Origin: an uncultured Eubacteriales bacterium
Lineage (GTDB): Bacteria; Acidobacteriota; Aminicenantia; Aminicenantales; Aminicenantaceae
Reading direction: 5' to 3'
Assembly (NCBI GenBank): GCA_964505785.1
Contig: CAZDJZ010000003.1
Coordinates: forward strand, 99,186-163,185
DNA length: 64,000 bases
How positions within the stretch are numbered: position 1 is the first letter of the stretch; every line of letters starts with the position of its first letter. The translations under genes were made by a program, and so were the position numbers. Positions 8,076 to 18,796 of the stretch are shown here, piece by piece. The notes below the pieces were generated by a model. That model had not been told where the DNA came from and ran no database searches. It saw nothing but the letters and a program-made list of their open reading frames with translations.

Positions 8076-8636
8076 TTATTCACTATCTTCCTGTTTTTCT
8101 TTAGAAAAAATTTCGGAGCGCAAACGGGCTGACAGCCTTTTTTCAAGCTCCCGTTCCGCTTCCAAAACCTCCTCTTTTACTAACCGTGCAATGATTTCCC
8201 GGACATTCTTTTCTTTTTCCGCGGCATCCAAAGATTCGGGCTCTTCCGGTAAAAACGCAGGGGCTGTATTCTCTTCCAGGATTCGCTTGACCCGCAAAGC
8301 CAATGCTTCCGAATCAAAGGGGGTCCGAACCAGTTCTTCAAATACCAGCCCGGACAGCTTCTCTTTGCTGACATTTTCGAGGGCTCCTGTCATAAAAAAC
8401 AGGGGGATTTGCCTGAAACGGTTCTGGCTTCTTAACCGCCGCCCCACAGAATATCCATCCTCTCCCGGTAATGACGTTCCCAAGAGGATAACATCAGGCT
8501 CAATCTCCTGCGCCAATTCCACCACATCTTTTCCGTTCTGCGTGGTGAAGACATCGAATCCGGCGGTTTGGAAAGCGATTTTTATCATTTCCAAGAGAGA
8601 TACTCCCGTGTCAGCCGCTAATACCCTCTTTTTCAT
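8076..8636 (-). CDS. receiver-domain protein with atypical (pseudo-receiver) active site and charged coiled-coil-like C-terminus
   Basis: CheY-like layout, but PDVILLGTSLPGEDG has Gly where the phospho-acceptor Asp is expected, and LVRTPFD has Thr where the conserved Lys (KPF) is expected. The start at MKKRVLAAD (8636) is preceded by AGGAGG 7 nt upstream. Confidence 0.7.
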   Translation of the reverse strand: MKKRVLAADTGVSLLEMIKIAFQTAGFDVFTTQNGKDVVELAQEIEPDVILLGTSLPGEDGYSVGRRLRSQNRFRQIPLFFMTGALENVSKEKLSGLVFEELVRTPFDSEALALRVKRILEENTAPAFLPEEPESLDAAEKEKNVREIIARLVKEEVLEAERELEKRLSARLRSEIFSKEKQEDSE

Positions 8637-8689
8637 TCTATATCCTCCTGCGGAACCCTCCCGCAGCCATGGTCCTTCTGCCATTCCGG

Positions 8690-11600
8690 CTAATATTCCA
8701 GGTAAACACTTTTTTCTCCCAAGATATCCTCAAGGCGCTGTGTTAAATCCCGGGAAGGCTTGACCGCCTGGATTTCCACGGATTGGGCTATGACCCGGTC
8801 TCCGTTTCCGCTTTCGAGAGCAAAAACAACCGGGCAATCTCCGGGAAACTCTTCCAATAACGACTTGAGTTTAAGATAAATATCTTTCTCCAGTCCCGTT
8901 AAACGGATGCGCAGCAATATCCGCTTGGCTAACCGTTCCAAGGCCAGCTCCAGGGGATAAACCGATGTCATAATGATCCGTGGCGAATCTTCGCCTCCTT
9001 GAACCTGGCCGGCAATGAACACCAGATTATCTTCTTTGATGACATCATAATATTTTTGATAGGAATCAGGAAATGCCACAACCTCCACCCGTCCGTTCCT
9101 ATCCTCCAGGATAAATGTGGCCATTCTTTCATCCCGCCGGGTTTTTAGCGACCGGATCGACATAACGATTCCAGCCAGCTTAACTTCACCCCGGATCAGT
9201 GACTTCTGTTCCAAATCACTTATGGAATGCGTGACCAAATTCCGGATTCGCTTTTCGAATTGGGTTAGGGGGTGATCTGTAAAATAAAAGCCCAGCGCTT
9301 CCTTTTCATATGCCAAGAGCTCCGCTTTTTCCCATTCCGGCATATGTTTGATTTCATTGGGAAGCACAGGAGGCTTCATGTGCCCCGACCCGAACAAAGT
9401 CGCCTGGCCGGAATTTCTCATTGAAGAAAAATCATGTGTATATTCTATCATCAAATCAATACATTGAAAGCAATGCGACCGCTTCCATCCGAGGGAATCC
9501 AGTGCACCTGATTTGATCAAACTTTCTATAACCTTCCGGTTAAAGGCTTTTGGTTCAATTTCCCGGCATATTTCGAAAGGGGATGAAAACTTTCCTTTGC
9601 GGTTCCGGATCTTAATAATTTCCCGGACCGGACCTTCTCCAAGGTTTTTAATTGCGGCCAGCCCGAAACGAATGGATTCATTTTCCACCAGAAAATTCAA
9701 CCCGCTGGCATTAATATCCGGAGAGAGGACCGGGATCCCCATTTCCCGGCATTCATTGATATATTTAACCACTTGAGAGGTCGCTCCCCGTTCCGCCTCC
9801 GATGTCATCAAAGCCGCCATATAATGGAGAGGAAAATGAGCTTTCAGATATGCCGTTTGAAAAGCCAAATATGCATATGCGGCACTATGGGATTTATTGA
9901 ATCCATATCCTGCGAAATAATCGATTTTTTCAAATATTTTTTGGGCATCCGCTCTGGAAAAACCCTTTTTTTGCGCCCGGTCCATGAACCGTTTCTTCAT
10001 GGACTTCATCACGGATTTTTTCTTTTTACCCATTGCTTTTCGTAAAAGGTCGGCCTCTGCCAAAGAAAAGTCAGCGATGTCCGTGGCGATCCGCATAACC
10101 TGTTCCTGATAGATGATCAACCCGTTGGTTTCCTCCAAAATGGATTCCAATTCAGGCAAATCATATTGAATCATGGCGGGATCGGATTTTCGTTTGATAA
10201 AATCCTCTGTCATTCCGCTCTGAAGCGGACCGGGCCGGTACAATGCATTTAACGCGATTAAATCCCGGAAATGTTCCGGTTTATAACGTCGAAGAAGATC
10301 TTTCATCCCAGAACTTTCAAACTGAAAAACCCCGTCCGTATTTCCTTTTTGAAAAACAGCAAACGACTTTTTGTCATCAAGAGGGACCGTATCCAAATCA
10401 ATGTCTTGTCCGGTATCCTGTTTAACCTGATTGATCGTGTCCTGGATAACGGTCAGGTTCCTCAACCCCAGAATATCCATTTTCAGAAGCCCGATGGCCT
10501 CGACATCCTGCATTGGAAACTGGGTGGTCACTTCCTGACGTGTGGATTGATACAAAGGCGCAAATTCCACAAGAGGACGGGGGGTAATGACAATCCCTGC
10601 AGCGTGGATAGACGGATGACGGACGTGGCCCTCCAAGCGCTGGGCGACTGTGAGCAATTCTTTGATTCTAGGATCATTTTCAGCCCACTCTTTGAGCTGG
10701 GGGATCTTTTTTGAAGCGGCTGCAATAGACGAATCCTCTCCCATTGCAGGGATCATCTTGGCAAGCTTATCCACCTCGGACAACGGAACTTCCAAAGCCC
10801 TGCCGACATCCCGAACCGCCTGGCGCGCCGCCATGGTCCCAAAGGTGATGATTTGACAAACATTTTCCTGCCCGTACTTTTTCTTAACATAGGCAATCAC
10901 TTCATCGCGCCGGCGTCCGCAAAAATCAATATCAATATCCGGCAGGCTTATCCTTTCGGGATTTAAAAACCGTTCAAAAAGTAAATCATATTCCAAGGGA
11001 TCCAACGCCGTAATCCCCAGACTAAAGGCCAGTAAACTCCCCGCAGCTGAACCTCTTCCGGGTCCCACCGGAATCCCGCGGTCCCGGGCTTCGCGGATGA
11101 GATCCCATACGATCATAAAATACCCTTCGAACTCCATTTCCCGGACAAGCTTCATTTCCCTCTCCAGCCGGGCTTGATATTCCTCAACGCGGGGAAGCTC
11201 GCCCTGTTCAATCCGGGGCTTCAGAATTTCCATTTTCCTGCGGAATCCATCCTGTACGACTTGTTCAAAATAGCTGCTTAAGGGGATTCCGCCGGGCGGT
11301 TCAAAATTCGGCAGGAAATACTGACTGGAAGACAGATCAAACTCACACCGCTCAGCGATATCCAGAGAATTCCGTAAAGCATCCGGAACATTATGAAAAA
11401 TCTCTTCCATCTCCTCCGCGGTTTTAAAATAAAATTCCTGGGATCCAAACCGAATTCTGTCTTTATCTTTGACTTTTTTATTGGTTTGAATGCACAAAAG
11501 CACATCATGGCTTTCGGCGTCTTTTTTCTCCAAATAGTGGACATCGTTGGTCGCGATTAAGGGAATGTCCAGTTTCCTGGCTAATTGAATCAACCTGGGA

Positions 11601-12166
11601 TTGATTCTTTGCTGGGGTTCCAGGCCGTGGTCTTGAATCTCTATATAAAAATCTCCCTCAGAAAAGATCGCCTTATACTCCCGGGCCGCCTCCTCGGCCA
11701 ATTCATCTTGATCGTGGACCAGATGGTCGCTGACTTCTCCTTTGAGGCATCCGGATAAGGCTATCAGGCCCTGGTTATACTGGGTCAGCAATTTCTTGTC
11801 CACCCGCGGCCGGTAGTAAAATCCATCCCGGTAGCTGCGGGTAATGAGTTGGCAAAGGTTCCGATATCCGTTTTCATCCCTGACCAAAAGAACAAGGTGA
11901 TAATGGTTGATTCCCTGCGGACCCGGCTTTTTCACCTTGTGCCCGCGCGGCGCTACATAGACTTCACAACCGAGGATCGGCTTGATGTTGCGGCCTCTGG
12001 CTTTTTGGAAAAACTGGACAGCGCCGAAAATATTGCCGTGGTCGGTCATAGCCACCGCCGGCATCCCCAAATTTTCCGCTGTATCCAGCAACTCATCCAG
12101 ATTCAATGCTCCATCCAGAACGCTGAATTCTGTGTGATTATGCAAATGAATAAAATTTGAAGCCAT
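8690..12166 (-). CDS. dnaE: DNA polymerase III alpha subunit
   Basis: PHP domain FIHLHNHTEFSVLDG, GPGRGSAAGSLLAFSLGIT and a C-terminal OB region, ~1158 aa. I chose the start at MASNF (12166). The track ORF begins at a TTG at 12184, which is possible. Confidence 0.95.
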   Translation of the reverse strand: MASNFIHLHNHTEFSVLDGALNLDELLDTAENLGMPAVAMTDHGNIFGAVQFFQKARGRNIKPILGCEVYVAPRGHKVKKPGPQGINHYHLVLLVRDENGYRNLCQLITRSYRDGFYYRPRVDKKLLTQYNQGLIALSGCLKGEVSDHLVHDQDELAEEAAREYKAIFSEGDFYIEIQDHGLEPQQRINPRLIQLARKLDIPLIATNDVHYLEKKDAESHDVLLCIQTNKKVKDKDRIRFGSQEFYFKTAEEMEEIFHNVPDALRNSLDIAERCEFDLSSSQYFLPNFEPPGGIPLSSYFEQVVQDGFRRKMEILKPRIEQGELPRVEEYQARLEREMKLVREMEFEGYFMIVWDLIREARDRGIPVGPGRGSAAGSLLAFSLGITALDPLEYDLLFERFLNPERISLPDIDIDFCGRRRDEVIAYVKKKYGQENVCQIITFGTMAARQAVRDVGRALEVPLSEVDKLAKMIPAMGEDSSIAAASKKIPQLKEWAENDPRIKELLTVAQRLEGHVRHPSIHAAGIVITPRPLVEFAPLYQSTRQEVTTQFPMQDVEAIGLLKMDILGLRNLTVIQDTINQVKQDTGQDIDLDTVPLDDKKSFAVFQKGNTDGVFQFESSGMKDLLRRYKPEHFRDLIALNALYRPGPLQSGMTEDFIKRKSDPAMIQYDLPELESILEETNGLIIYQEQVMRIATDIADFSLAEADLLRKAMGKKKKSVMKSMKKRFMDRAQKKGFSRADAQKIFEKIDYFAGYGFNKSHSAAYAYLAFQTAYLKAHFPLHYMAALMTSEAERGATSQVVKYINECREMGIPVLSPDINASGLNFLVENESIRFGLAAIKNLGEGPVREIIKIRNRKGKFSSPFEICREIEPKAFNRKVIESLIKSGALDSLGWKRSHCFQCIDLMIEYTHDFSSMRNSGQATLFGSGHMKPPVLPNEIKHMPEWEKAELLAYEKEALGFYFTDHPLTQFEKRIRNLVTHSISDLEQKSLIRGEVKLAGIVMSIRSLKTRRDERMATFILEDRNGRVEVVAFPDSYQKYYDVIKEDNLVFIAGQVQGGEDSPRIIMTSVYPLELALERLAKRILLRIRLTGLEKDIYLKLKSLLEEFPGDCPVVFALESGNGDRVIAQSVEIQAVKPSRDLTQRLEDILGEKSVYLEY

Positions 12167-12205
12167 TTTATCTTTACCCATCAAGTTCGTTCAGAAGCCG
12201 TTCTA

Positions 12206-13738
12206 TTACTCCCACTCAATCGTTCCGGGAGGCTTGGAAGTAATATCATAAACCACTCTATTCACATTTTCGACTTCATTGACAATCCGGTTGGATATGC
12301 GGGTCAAAAGCATCGGGTCTGAATGAAACCAGTCCGCTGTCATTCCATCCAGACTTTGGACCAGGCGAACCGCAACCACCCAATGATATGTCCGTTTATC
12401 CCCCATAACTCCTACGGTTTTAACCGGTAATAAAATTGCAAAGGCCTGCCATAACTCATCATACAAACCCGCTTTTCTGACCTCGTCAACAACAATCTCG
12501 TCCGCAGCTTTGACGGTTCGGATACGCTGTGCCGTAACTTCTCCAAGGATACGGACCGCCAACCCGGGACCGGGAAAGGGATGCTGTTTAATAAAATCTT
12601 CATCCACCTCCATCTCCCGCCCCAGTTTTCTGACTTCATCTTTGAACAGCTCGCGTAAAGGTTCAACCAATTGGAAATTCAGCCTATCCGGAAGGCCGCC
12701 CACATTATGGTGGGATTTAATGCTGGCAGAGGGCCCTTTAACCGGATTGCTTTCAATGACATCAGGATAAATCGTACCCTGGGCCAGAAAGTCGACTTCC
12801 CCCAGTTTCCAGGCTTCCTGTTCAAATATACGGATAAATTCTTTTCCGATTATTTTCCGTTTTCTTTCCGGAGATGTCACGCCTTTTAAGTTATTTAGAA
12901 ATTGAGATGAGGCATCCACTGCATCAACACGTAATCCAAACCGGGTTCTGAATTTTTCCAGATATTCCGAATATTCACCTTTTCTTAACAGGCCGTTGTC
13001 GACAAAAATACAAACCAGCCGGTCTCCGACAGCTTTATTTACTAAAACCGCCGTTACCAGCGAATCGACCCCGCCGCTTAGGCCGCAGATGATTTTATGC
13101 TTCCCAACTTTTTTCCTGATATCCTTTACTTTCTTCTCTATAAAAGATTCCATATCCCAGTCCGGTTTCAGCCCGGCTATATCAAAAAGAAAATTGGATA
13201 GGATTTTATGGCCGTAATCGGTATGAATAACTTCCGGATGAAACTGGACCCCGAAAAATTTTTTTTTCCTGTTTTCAATGACTGCCGTATCGCAATTTTC
13301 TGTGAAGGCGGTCACACTGAAACCCCCAGGCGTTTTTTCAACCCTGTCGCCGTGACTCATCCAAACCCGCGAACGGTCTTTCATTCCTTTTAACAGGCCC
13401 TCATTCGTTTTTATCTCCAAAGAGGCAAATCCGTACTCCCTTTTGCTTGATGAGGCAACATTTCCTCCCAAAACATGCGCCATGAGCTGCAATCCATAAC
13501 AAATTCCCAGAACTGGTACGTTCAAAGAAAAAATCTCCCTGTCTATCCCGGGAGCATCTGCATCATAAACACTGCCCGGACCGCCGGAAAGGACAATCCC
13601 GCCGGGGCTTTGCTTTTTTAACACCTCGACCGGAACATGAAAAGGCAAAATTTCAGAATAAACCCCCAGTTCTCTTATTTTTCTTGCAATAAGCTGTGTG
13701 TATTGGGAACCAAAATCGAGGACAAGTACTTTATTCAT
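12206..13738 (-). CDS. guaA: GMP synthase (glutamine-hydrolysing)
   Basis: GATase GICYGLQLM, PP-loop GLSGGVDSLV and a C-terminal dimerisation end ...PPGTIEWE. Length is 510 aa. Confidence 0.95.
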   Translation of the reverse strand: MNKVLVLDFGSQYTQLIARKIRELGVYSEILPFHVPVEVLKKQSPGGIVLSGGPGSVYDADAPGIDREIFSLNVPVLGICYGLQLMAHVLGGNVASSSKREYGFASLEIKTNEGLLKGMKDRSRVWMSHGDRVEKTPGGFSVTAFTENCDTAVIENRKKKFFGVQFHPEVIHTDYGHKILSNFLFDIAGLKPDWDMESFIEKKVKDIRKKVGKHKIICGLSGGVDSLVTAVLVNKAVGDRLVCIFVDNGLLRKGEYSEYLEKFRTRFGLRVDAVDASSQFLNNLKGVTSPERKRKIIGKEFIRIFEQEAWKLGEVDFLAQGTIYPDVIESNPVKGPSASIKSHHNVGGLPDRLNFQLVEPLRELFKDEVRKLGREMEVDEDFIKQHPFPGPGLAVRILGEVTAQRIRTVKAADEIVVDEVRKAGLYDELWQAFAILLPVKTVGVMGDKRTYHWVVAVRLVQSLDGMTADWFHSDPMLLTRISNRIVNEVENVNRVVYDITSKPPGTIEWE

Positions 13739-13896
13739 GTTTCGATTTTAACAAAGGGGGAGTCGATTGGTAAAGTTATTTTCCGTTTGATTCCAACAGG
13801 CCTTCTTTCGCATCCATTCCTGCAGGACTAAATCAAATTCATCACGCTGCCTCCCGATTGACTTCTACCTCGTATTTCTTTACTATTAATTCTATT

Positions 13897-15105
13897 ATGA
13901 AACATGAAGAAATCATTCAAGACTTGACTGTCGATACCGATTCGAAAATTATTCTTTTGGTTCTGGATGGTTTGGGAGGCCTGCCGGAAAAAGGAAAAAC
14001 AACCCTTGAGGCGGCCCATACCCCCAATCTTGATGCCTTGGCGGAAAAAGGCGAATGCGGATTATCCGAACCGATATTTATGGGAATAACTCCGGGCAGC
14101 GGACCTTCACACATGGCGCTGTTTGGATATGATCCCATCCAATATTTCCTGGGGAGAGGAATTCTGGAAGCCTTGGGAATTGACGTGGACGTGGGAAAGG
14201 GAGATCTTGTTGCCCGGGGAAATTTCGCCACTCAAAAAAATGATACCATCATTGACCGCAGAGCCGGCCGGATTTCCACAAAAAAAAATGAAGACCTATG
14301 CGTTCGCTTAAATCAATCCATGGATGAAGTGGAGAGAGTCAAAATCCGTTTTTTCCCCGGAAAAGAACACCGTTTTGTTATCAAGCTATCCGCACCAGGC
14401 CTTTCGGATGCTTTGAGTGATGCGGACCCTCAAAAAGAGGGTAAACCGAAGATGGCAGCTAAACCACTGGACCAATCAGATGAAGCCCGGAAAACCGCGG
14501 ATACCGTCAATGAAATCATTGGCCGGATTTCGGAAATACTCAAAGGCGAACCCAAAGCCAACACTGTCCTTCTCCGGGGGTTTTCCAAACATCCGACTAT
14601 TCCATCCATGCAGGATTTATTTAAATTGAACCCAGCCGCCATCGCCAATTATCCGATGTACCGCGGTTTAGCTAAAATCGTTGGGATGAACGTTTTGGAC
14701 GCAGGAACCGAAATGGAGGATTTGTTTGATGTTTTGGAAAAGCAGTATCAAAACTTCAATTTTTTCTATGTCCACATAAAAAAAACCGATTCCTACGGAG
14801 AAGACGGAAATTATCCAGACAAAAAAAGGATTATTGAAGAAACAGACAGATTCCTTCCCCGCATTCAAAAACTAGATCCTGACGTTTTGGCGGTGACCGG
14901 AGACCATTCCACTCCATGTATATTGAAATCGCATTCCTGGCATCCCAATCCTTTTCTTCTCATCTCCCGGTATGTGATGCCGGATAAAGCCGCACATTTT
15001 TCTGAAAAAGAATGCAGTCAGGGTTACCTGGGGCGTTTTCCCGCCCTTCATGCGGTTCCGCTTATGCTGGCACACGCCTTGAAAATGAAAAAATACGGGG
15101 CATAA
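13897..15105 (+). CDS. apgM: cofactor-independent phosphoglycerate mutase, archaeal-type (ApgM)
   Basis: ILLVLDGLGGLP and VTGDHSTPC are metalloenzyme-superfamily motifs. About 400 aa. I chose the start at MKHEE (13897); the track start at 13858 is a TTG. Confidence 0.85.
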   Translation: MKHEEIIQDLTVDTDSKIILLVLDGLGGLPEKGKTTLEAAHTPNLDALAEKGECGLSEPIFMGITPGSGPSHMALFGYDPIQYFLGRGILEALGIDVDVGKGDLVARGNFATQKNDTIIDRRAGRISTKKNEDLCVRLNQSMDEVERVKIRFFPGKEHRFVIKLSAPGLSDALSDADPQKEGKPKMAAKPLDQSDEARKTADTVNEIIGRISEILKGEPKANTVLLRGFSKHPTIPSMQDLFKLNPAAIANYPMYRGLAKIVGMNVLDAGTEMEDLFDVLEKQYQNFNFFYVHIKKTDSYGEDGNYPDKKRIIEETDRFLPRIQKLDPDVLAVTGDHSTPCILKSHSWHPNPFLLISRYVMPDKAAHFSEKECSQGYLGRFPALHAVPLMLAHALKMKKYGA

Positions 15106-15120
15106 AAAGGCGGGGCTCGA

Positions 15121-15149
15121 TTGACACCCTTTGACTTATTATATAGAAT
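15121..15149 (+). promoter_or_regulatory. candidate sigma-70 promoter for the amidase gene
   Basis: TTGACA (15121-15126), a 17-nt spacer, then TAGAAT (15144-15149), 15 nt upstream of the ATG at 15165. Confidence 0.4.
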
Positions 15150-15164
15150 TTGTAGAGTTGTACC

Positions 15165-16322
15165 ATGAATAAAATACCGGGCGTGCTCATGATTATTATC
15201 GCCGGCTTTCTGTTTATCAACACCGGGACCGCCCTCCAAAAAGATAACCGTATCGAAATCCATAATCTCCGGCATCATACCCATCCAAAATTCACCCGGA
15301 TCGTTTTGGATATCGGAGAAGTCCGCGAATATGTCCACAACAAACTGGTCGGCCCGGACCGCATTTATGTGGATGTTTTTCAGGCCAAATTGAATCCCAT
15401 TCTCCATGGGACCGCCATTCCGATTGAAAATAATTATCTTCAGCGCATCCGCGTCGCCCAAAAAAATCCAGCCACTGTCCGCATGGCTGTGGATCTGGAT
15501 TATCAGCGTATTGACCATTATCGGGTTTTTCATCTCCCCGATCCATTTAGAATCGTCATCGACATCTATCCATCGAAAGAAAGCACAGTCCACCCCCCAG
15601 AACCAACGGAAACCGGATACACTATGGCCAGGCAGCTTGGATTGGGCATTAAACGGGTTGTCATCGATCCGGGACATGGAGGAAAGGACCCGGGATGCAT
15701 AGGGAAAAAAGGCCTTCTCGAAAAAGAGGTGGTTCTGGATGTTGCTCAGCGACTAAAAAAAATATTAACCAGTCAACTTGATTTGGATGTCGTTATGACT
15801 CGTGAATCTGATATTTTTATCCCGGTGGAAACCCGTCCCGTCGTGGCAAATCAGAAAAAGGCGGACCTTTTCATTTCAATTCATGCCAATTCCAATCCCA
15901 GTAAAAGCCATACCGGGATTGAGACCTTTTTTCTCAATTTCAGCCTGGATCCATCCGTTAATGCCATCGCCGCAAGGGAAAATGCCACCTCGACAAAGAA
16001 TTTAGGGGAAATGAAAGATATCATCACAAAAATTGCTCAAAACAGCAAAATAGCCGAATCCAAGGTTCTGGCCGAAAAAGTCCAAACAGAACTGGTGAAT
16101 CATTTAAACCATTCTTTTAAAGACATCAGAAATCTTGGAGTCAAAGGGGGTCCGTTTTGGGTTCTAATCGGAGGAGATATGCCTTCGGTTCTGGTTGAAA
16201 TCTCTCATCTCAGCAATATTAAAGAAGAAAACCGGCTCAGCACTAATAAATACAAGCAAGATATCGCCGAAGGAATTTATCAGGGAGTCCTGAAATATAT
16301 TCAATCACTAGGAAAAGGATAG
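15165..16322 (+). CDS. amiC: N-acetylmuramoyl-L-alanine amidase (AMIN domain + Amidase_3)
   Basis: VVIDPGHGGKDPG and FISIHANS are zinc-amidase motifs. There is an N-terminal signal/TM segment and an AMIN-like domain. Confidence 0.85.
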   Translation: MNKIPGVLMIIIAGFLFINTGTALQKDNRIEIHNLRHHTHPKFTRIVLDIGEVREYVHNKLVGPDRIYVDVFQAKLNPILHGTAIPIENNYLQRIRVAQKNPATVRMAVDLDYQRIDHYRVFHLPDPFRIVIDIYPSKESTVHPPEPTETGYTMARQLGLGIKRVVIDPGHGGKDPGCIGKKGLLEKEVVLDVAQRLKKILTSQLDLDVVMTRESDIFIPVETRPVVANQKKADLFISIHANSNPSKSHTGIETFFLNFSLDPSVNAIAARENATSTKNLGEMKDIITKIAQNSKIAESKVLAEKVQTELVNHLNHSFKDIRNLGVKGGPFWVLIGGDMPSVLVEISHLSNIKEENRLSTNKYKQDIAEGIYQGVLKYIQSLGKG

Positions 16323-16326
16323 ACGT

Positions 16327-17214
16327 ATGAAAAGACGAAACTTTTTAAAAGACATCGCCCTGGGGAGTATGGTGTTGAATGTACGTCCCGGTTTGTTTGC
16401 CCAGGGATCAAACATCCCGGACATGGCTGTTATTAAGGGGGATGATCCCTCCGCCATCACTAAAGCAGCGGTTGCAGGTGTTGGAGGAATGAAGCGGTTT
16501 GTTGCAAAAGGAGACAAGGTCTTGATCAAACCGAATATCGGATGGGACCGTAAACCGGAGCAGGCTGCTTGTACCAATCCGGATGTGGTTAAAACCCTGG
16601 TTGAGCTTACTTTAGAGGCAGGCGCGGATAAAGTTGTGGTCATGGATCATCCCTGCAATCCCGCCCGGAGAACCTATGTCCGTTCCGGAATCGCGGATGC
16701 CGCAAAAAACGCAGGGGCTGATGTTCCTTATCCTAATGATCACAAACTAAAGAAAGTTGCAATTAACGGCGCTTCATTGAAGGAGTGGGAAGTCTACCGC
16801 GATTTCCTTGAAGTGGACAAGATTATCAATGTCCCGATTGCCAAGCATCACAGTCTTTCCCGTTTGACATTGGGCATGAAAAATTGGCTGGGAGCCTTGG
16901 GCGGCAACCGTAATCAACTCCATCAGGGCCTGGATCAGGCTATGGTGGATTTAGCCGCATATTTCAAACCTGTTTTGACAATTCTGGATGCTTACCGGAT
17001 TCTTTACCGTAACGGTCCTCAAGGTGGCCGACTCTCTGATGTTAAAATGCAAAATACTATTGTAGCGGGAGTCGATTGGGTGGCTGTCGATGCCATAGGG
17101 GCTTCTTTTTTTGAGCTGACACCCTCAGACCTGCCTTTTTTACAAATTGCGCATGAGCGTGGATTCGGTGAAATCAATCTGGAGAAATTGAACATTGAAA
17201 AAAGAGCGATCTAA
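16327..17214 (+). CDS. DUF362 domain protein with twin-arginine signal
   Basis: MKRRNFLKD carries the RRxFLK TAT motif. KVLIKPNIGW...TNPDVVKTLVE...VVVMD is typical of DUF362. Confidence 0.75.
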   Translation: MKRRNFLKDIALGSMVLNVRPGLFAQGSNIPDMAVIKGDDPSAITKAAVAGVGGMKRFVAKGDKVLIKPNIGWDRKPEQAACTNPDVVKTLVELTLEAGADKVVVMDHPCNPARRTYVRSGIADAAKNAGADVPYPNDHKLKKVAINGASLKEWEVYRDFLEVDKIINVPIAKHHSLSRLTLGMKNWLGALGGNRNQLHQGLDQAMVDLAAYFKPVLTILDAYRILYRNGPQGGRLSDVKMQNTIVAGVDWVAVDAIGASFFELTPSDLPFLQIAHERGFGEINLEKLNIEKRAI

Positions 17215-18790
17215 AAAGTACCGGATAGTCCACTTCTTAAGAGTCATAAGCCAGGCCTTTTTTTTCGGACTTTTTTTCTATTTGCTGATGGGAACTCATT
17301 TTCCGGGTCAGGATTACATCGGGCGAGTGGAAATATTTTTCCACTTTGATCCCCTGCTTGCACTCACCACCATCATCGCCGCCCGGGTGCTTCTTGCCTC
17401 TTTTGCATTTGCAGCTATCACCCTGCTGGCTACTCTGGTTTTCGGCCGTTTTTTTTGTGGATGGTTTTGTCCCCTGGGATCTTTACACCAGTTTTTTTCC
17501 TTTGTCTTTAAAAAAACTAAACTGCATCGTCCTAAAATCCTCAAAAACAACCATACTCTTTGGAAATACTATATTCTTATATTCATTATTATCGCAACCT
17601 TCTTTTCCCTCAATTTAGTTGGTATTTTGGATCCCTTTTCTTTGCTTTACCGGTCTTTTGCCGTCAGCGTTCTGCCGGCGGTCAATCATTCTTTTCAAAG
17701 CTTGATTGGAATTCTATATGATGTTGAATTTTATTCTGCTGGAGATACGCTTGTTCAATTTTTTTCCAATCTGGACATCAATTCAGTATTCATACAAGGC
17801 TTTTTTATCGGAGGCCTCTTTATCATGCTGGTTCTTCTGAATATGCACCGCGAGCGATTTTGGTGCCGTTATCTTTGTCCGCTAGGGGCCTTTTTGGGGG
17901 TTGCAGCCCGCTGGAATATTCTCAAGTTGAAGATCGATCCGGAAAAATGCATCGAGTGCGGATTGTGTACCCGCCATTGTGAAACCCAAGCCGACCCGTA
18001 TCCCAATGATAAATGGAAAAACTCGGAATGCATATACTGCTTTACCTGCAGTTCAATCTGTCCGACAGCGGCAATCCGCTTCCCAGCCAAAGTCAAACCG
18101 GAATCCGCCGCTTCGATAAATCTCTCACGCAGAAAAGTTTTATTTACATCTTTTTTGGGAGCCTTTGCGGTTCCGTTTTTCCGGCTGTCGCCCGCTGATT
18201 CCCGGGCATCCGAAAAACTTATCCGCCCTCCGGGAGCGCTTGCAGAAAAACAATTTCTCCAGAAATGCATTAAATGCGGAGAATGCATGAAAGTATGCCC
18301 CACCAATGCCATTCAACCGGTATTGCTTGAGGCAGGGCCCAATGGCATATGGACGCCCAAGCTGGTCCCGGAAATCGGTTACTGTGAATATTATTGTTCA
18401 TTATGCACACAGGTTTGCCCTACCGGGGCAATTCAAGAGTTAACGATTGAGCAAAAAACCGAAGTTAAAATCGGGACATCCTGGATCAATAGGAATCGAT
18501 GCATTCCTTGGAAATTCGGGGACCCCTGTATTGTCTGTGAAGAACACTGTCCGGTTTCGCCTAAAGCCATCAAGCTGATCGAAACAGAAATCGAGACCCC
18601 GGAAGGAGAAATTAAGCGGCCTTTAGCCCCGGTGATTGATACGGAACTCTGCATAGGCTGCGGCATATGTGAAAACAAATGCCCTGTCGTGGATCAACCG
18701 GCGATTTATGTTACCAGCGTGGGAGAAAGCCGTTCCGACAAAAATCAGCTGCTGCTTGATGTAATTTCCGGCGGAGGAGGAATTTATTAG
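17195..18790 (+). CDS. membrane-anchored polyferredoxin (NapH/MauN-like CxxCP helices plus about six 4Fe-4S motifs)
   Basis: Membrane CGWFCPLGS and WCRYLCPLGA motifs. Ferredoxin motifs CIECGLCTRHC, CIYCFTCSSICP, CIKCGECMKVCP, CSLCTQVCP, CIVCEEHCP and CIGCGICENKCP. Overlaps the DUF362 gene by 20 nt. TTG start. Confidence 0.8.
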   Translation: MKKERSKKYRIVHFLRVISQAFFFGLFFYLLMGTHFPGQDYIGRVEIFFHFDPLLALTTIIAARVLLASFAFAAITLLATLVFGRFFCGWFCPLGSLHQFFSFVFKKTKLHRPKILKNNHTLWKYYILIFIIIATFFSLNLVGILDPFSLLYRSFAVSVLPAVNHSFQSLIGILYDVEFYSAGDTLVQFFSNLDINSVFIQGFFIGGLFIMLVLLNMHRERFWCRYLCPLGAFLGVAARWNILKLKIDPEKCIECGLCTRHCETQADPYPNDKWKNSECIYCFTCSSICPTAAIRFPAKVKPESAASINLSRRKVLFTSFLGAFAVPFFRLSPADSRASEKLIRPPGALAEKQFLQKCIKCGECMKVCPTNAIQPVLLEAGPNGIWTPKLVPEIGYCEYYCSLCTQVCPTGAIQELTIEQKTEVKIGTSWINRNRCIPWKFGDPCIVCEEHCPVSPKAIKLIETEIETPEGEIKRPLAPVIDTELCIGCGICENKCPVVDQPAIYVTSVGESRSDKNQLLLDVISGGGGIY

Positions 18791-18796
18791 CCTATA

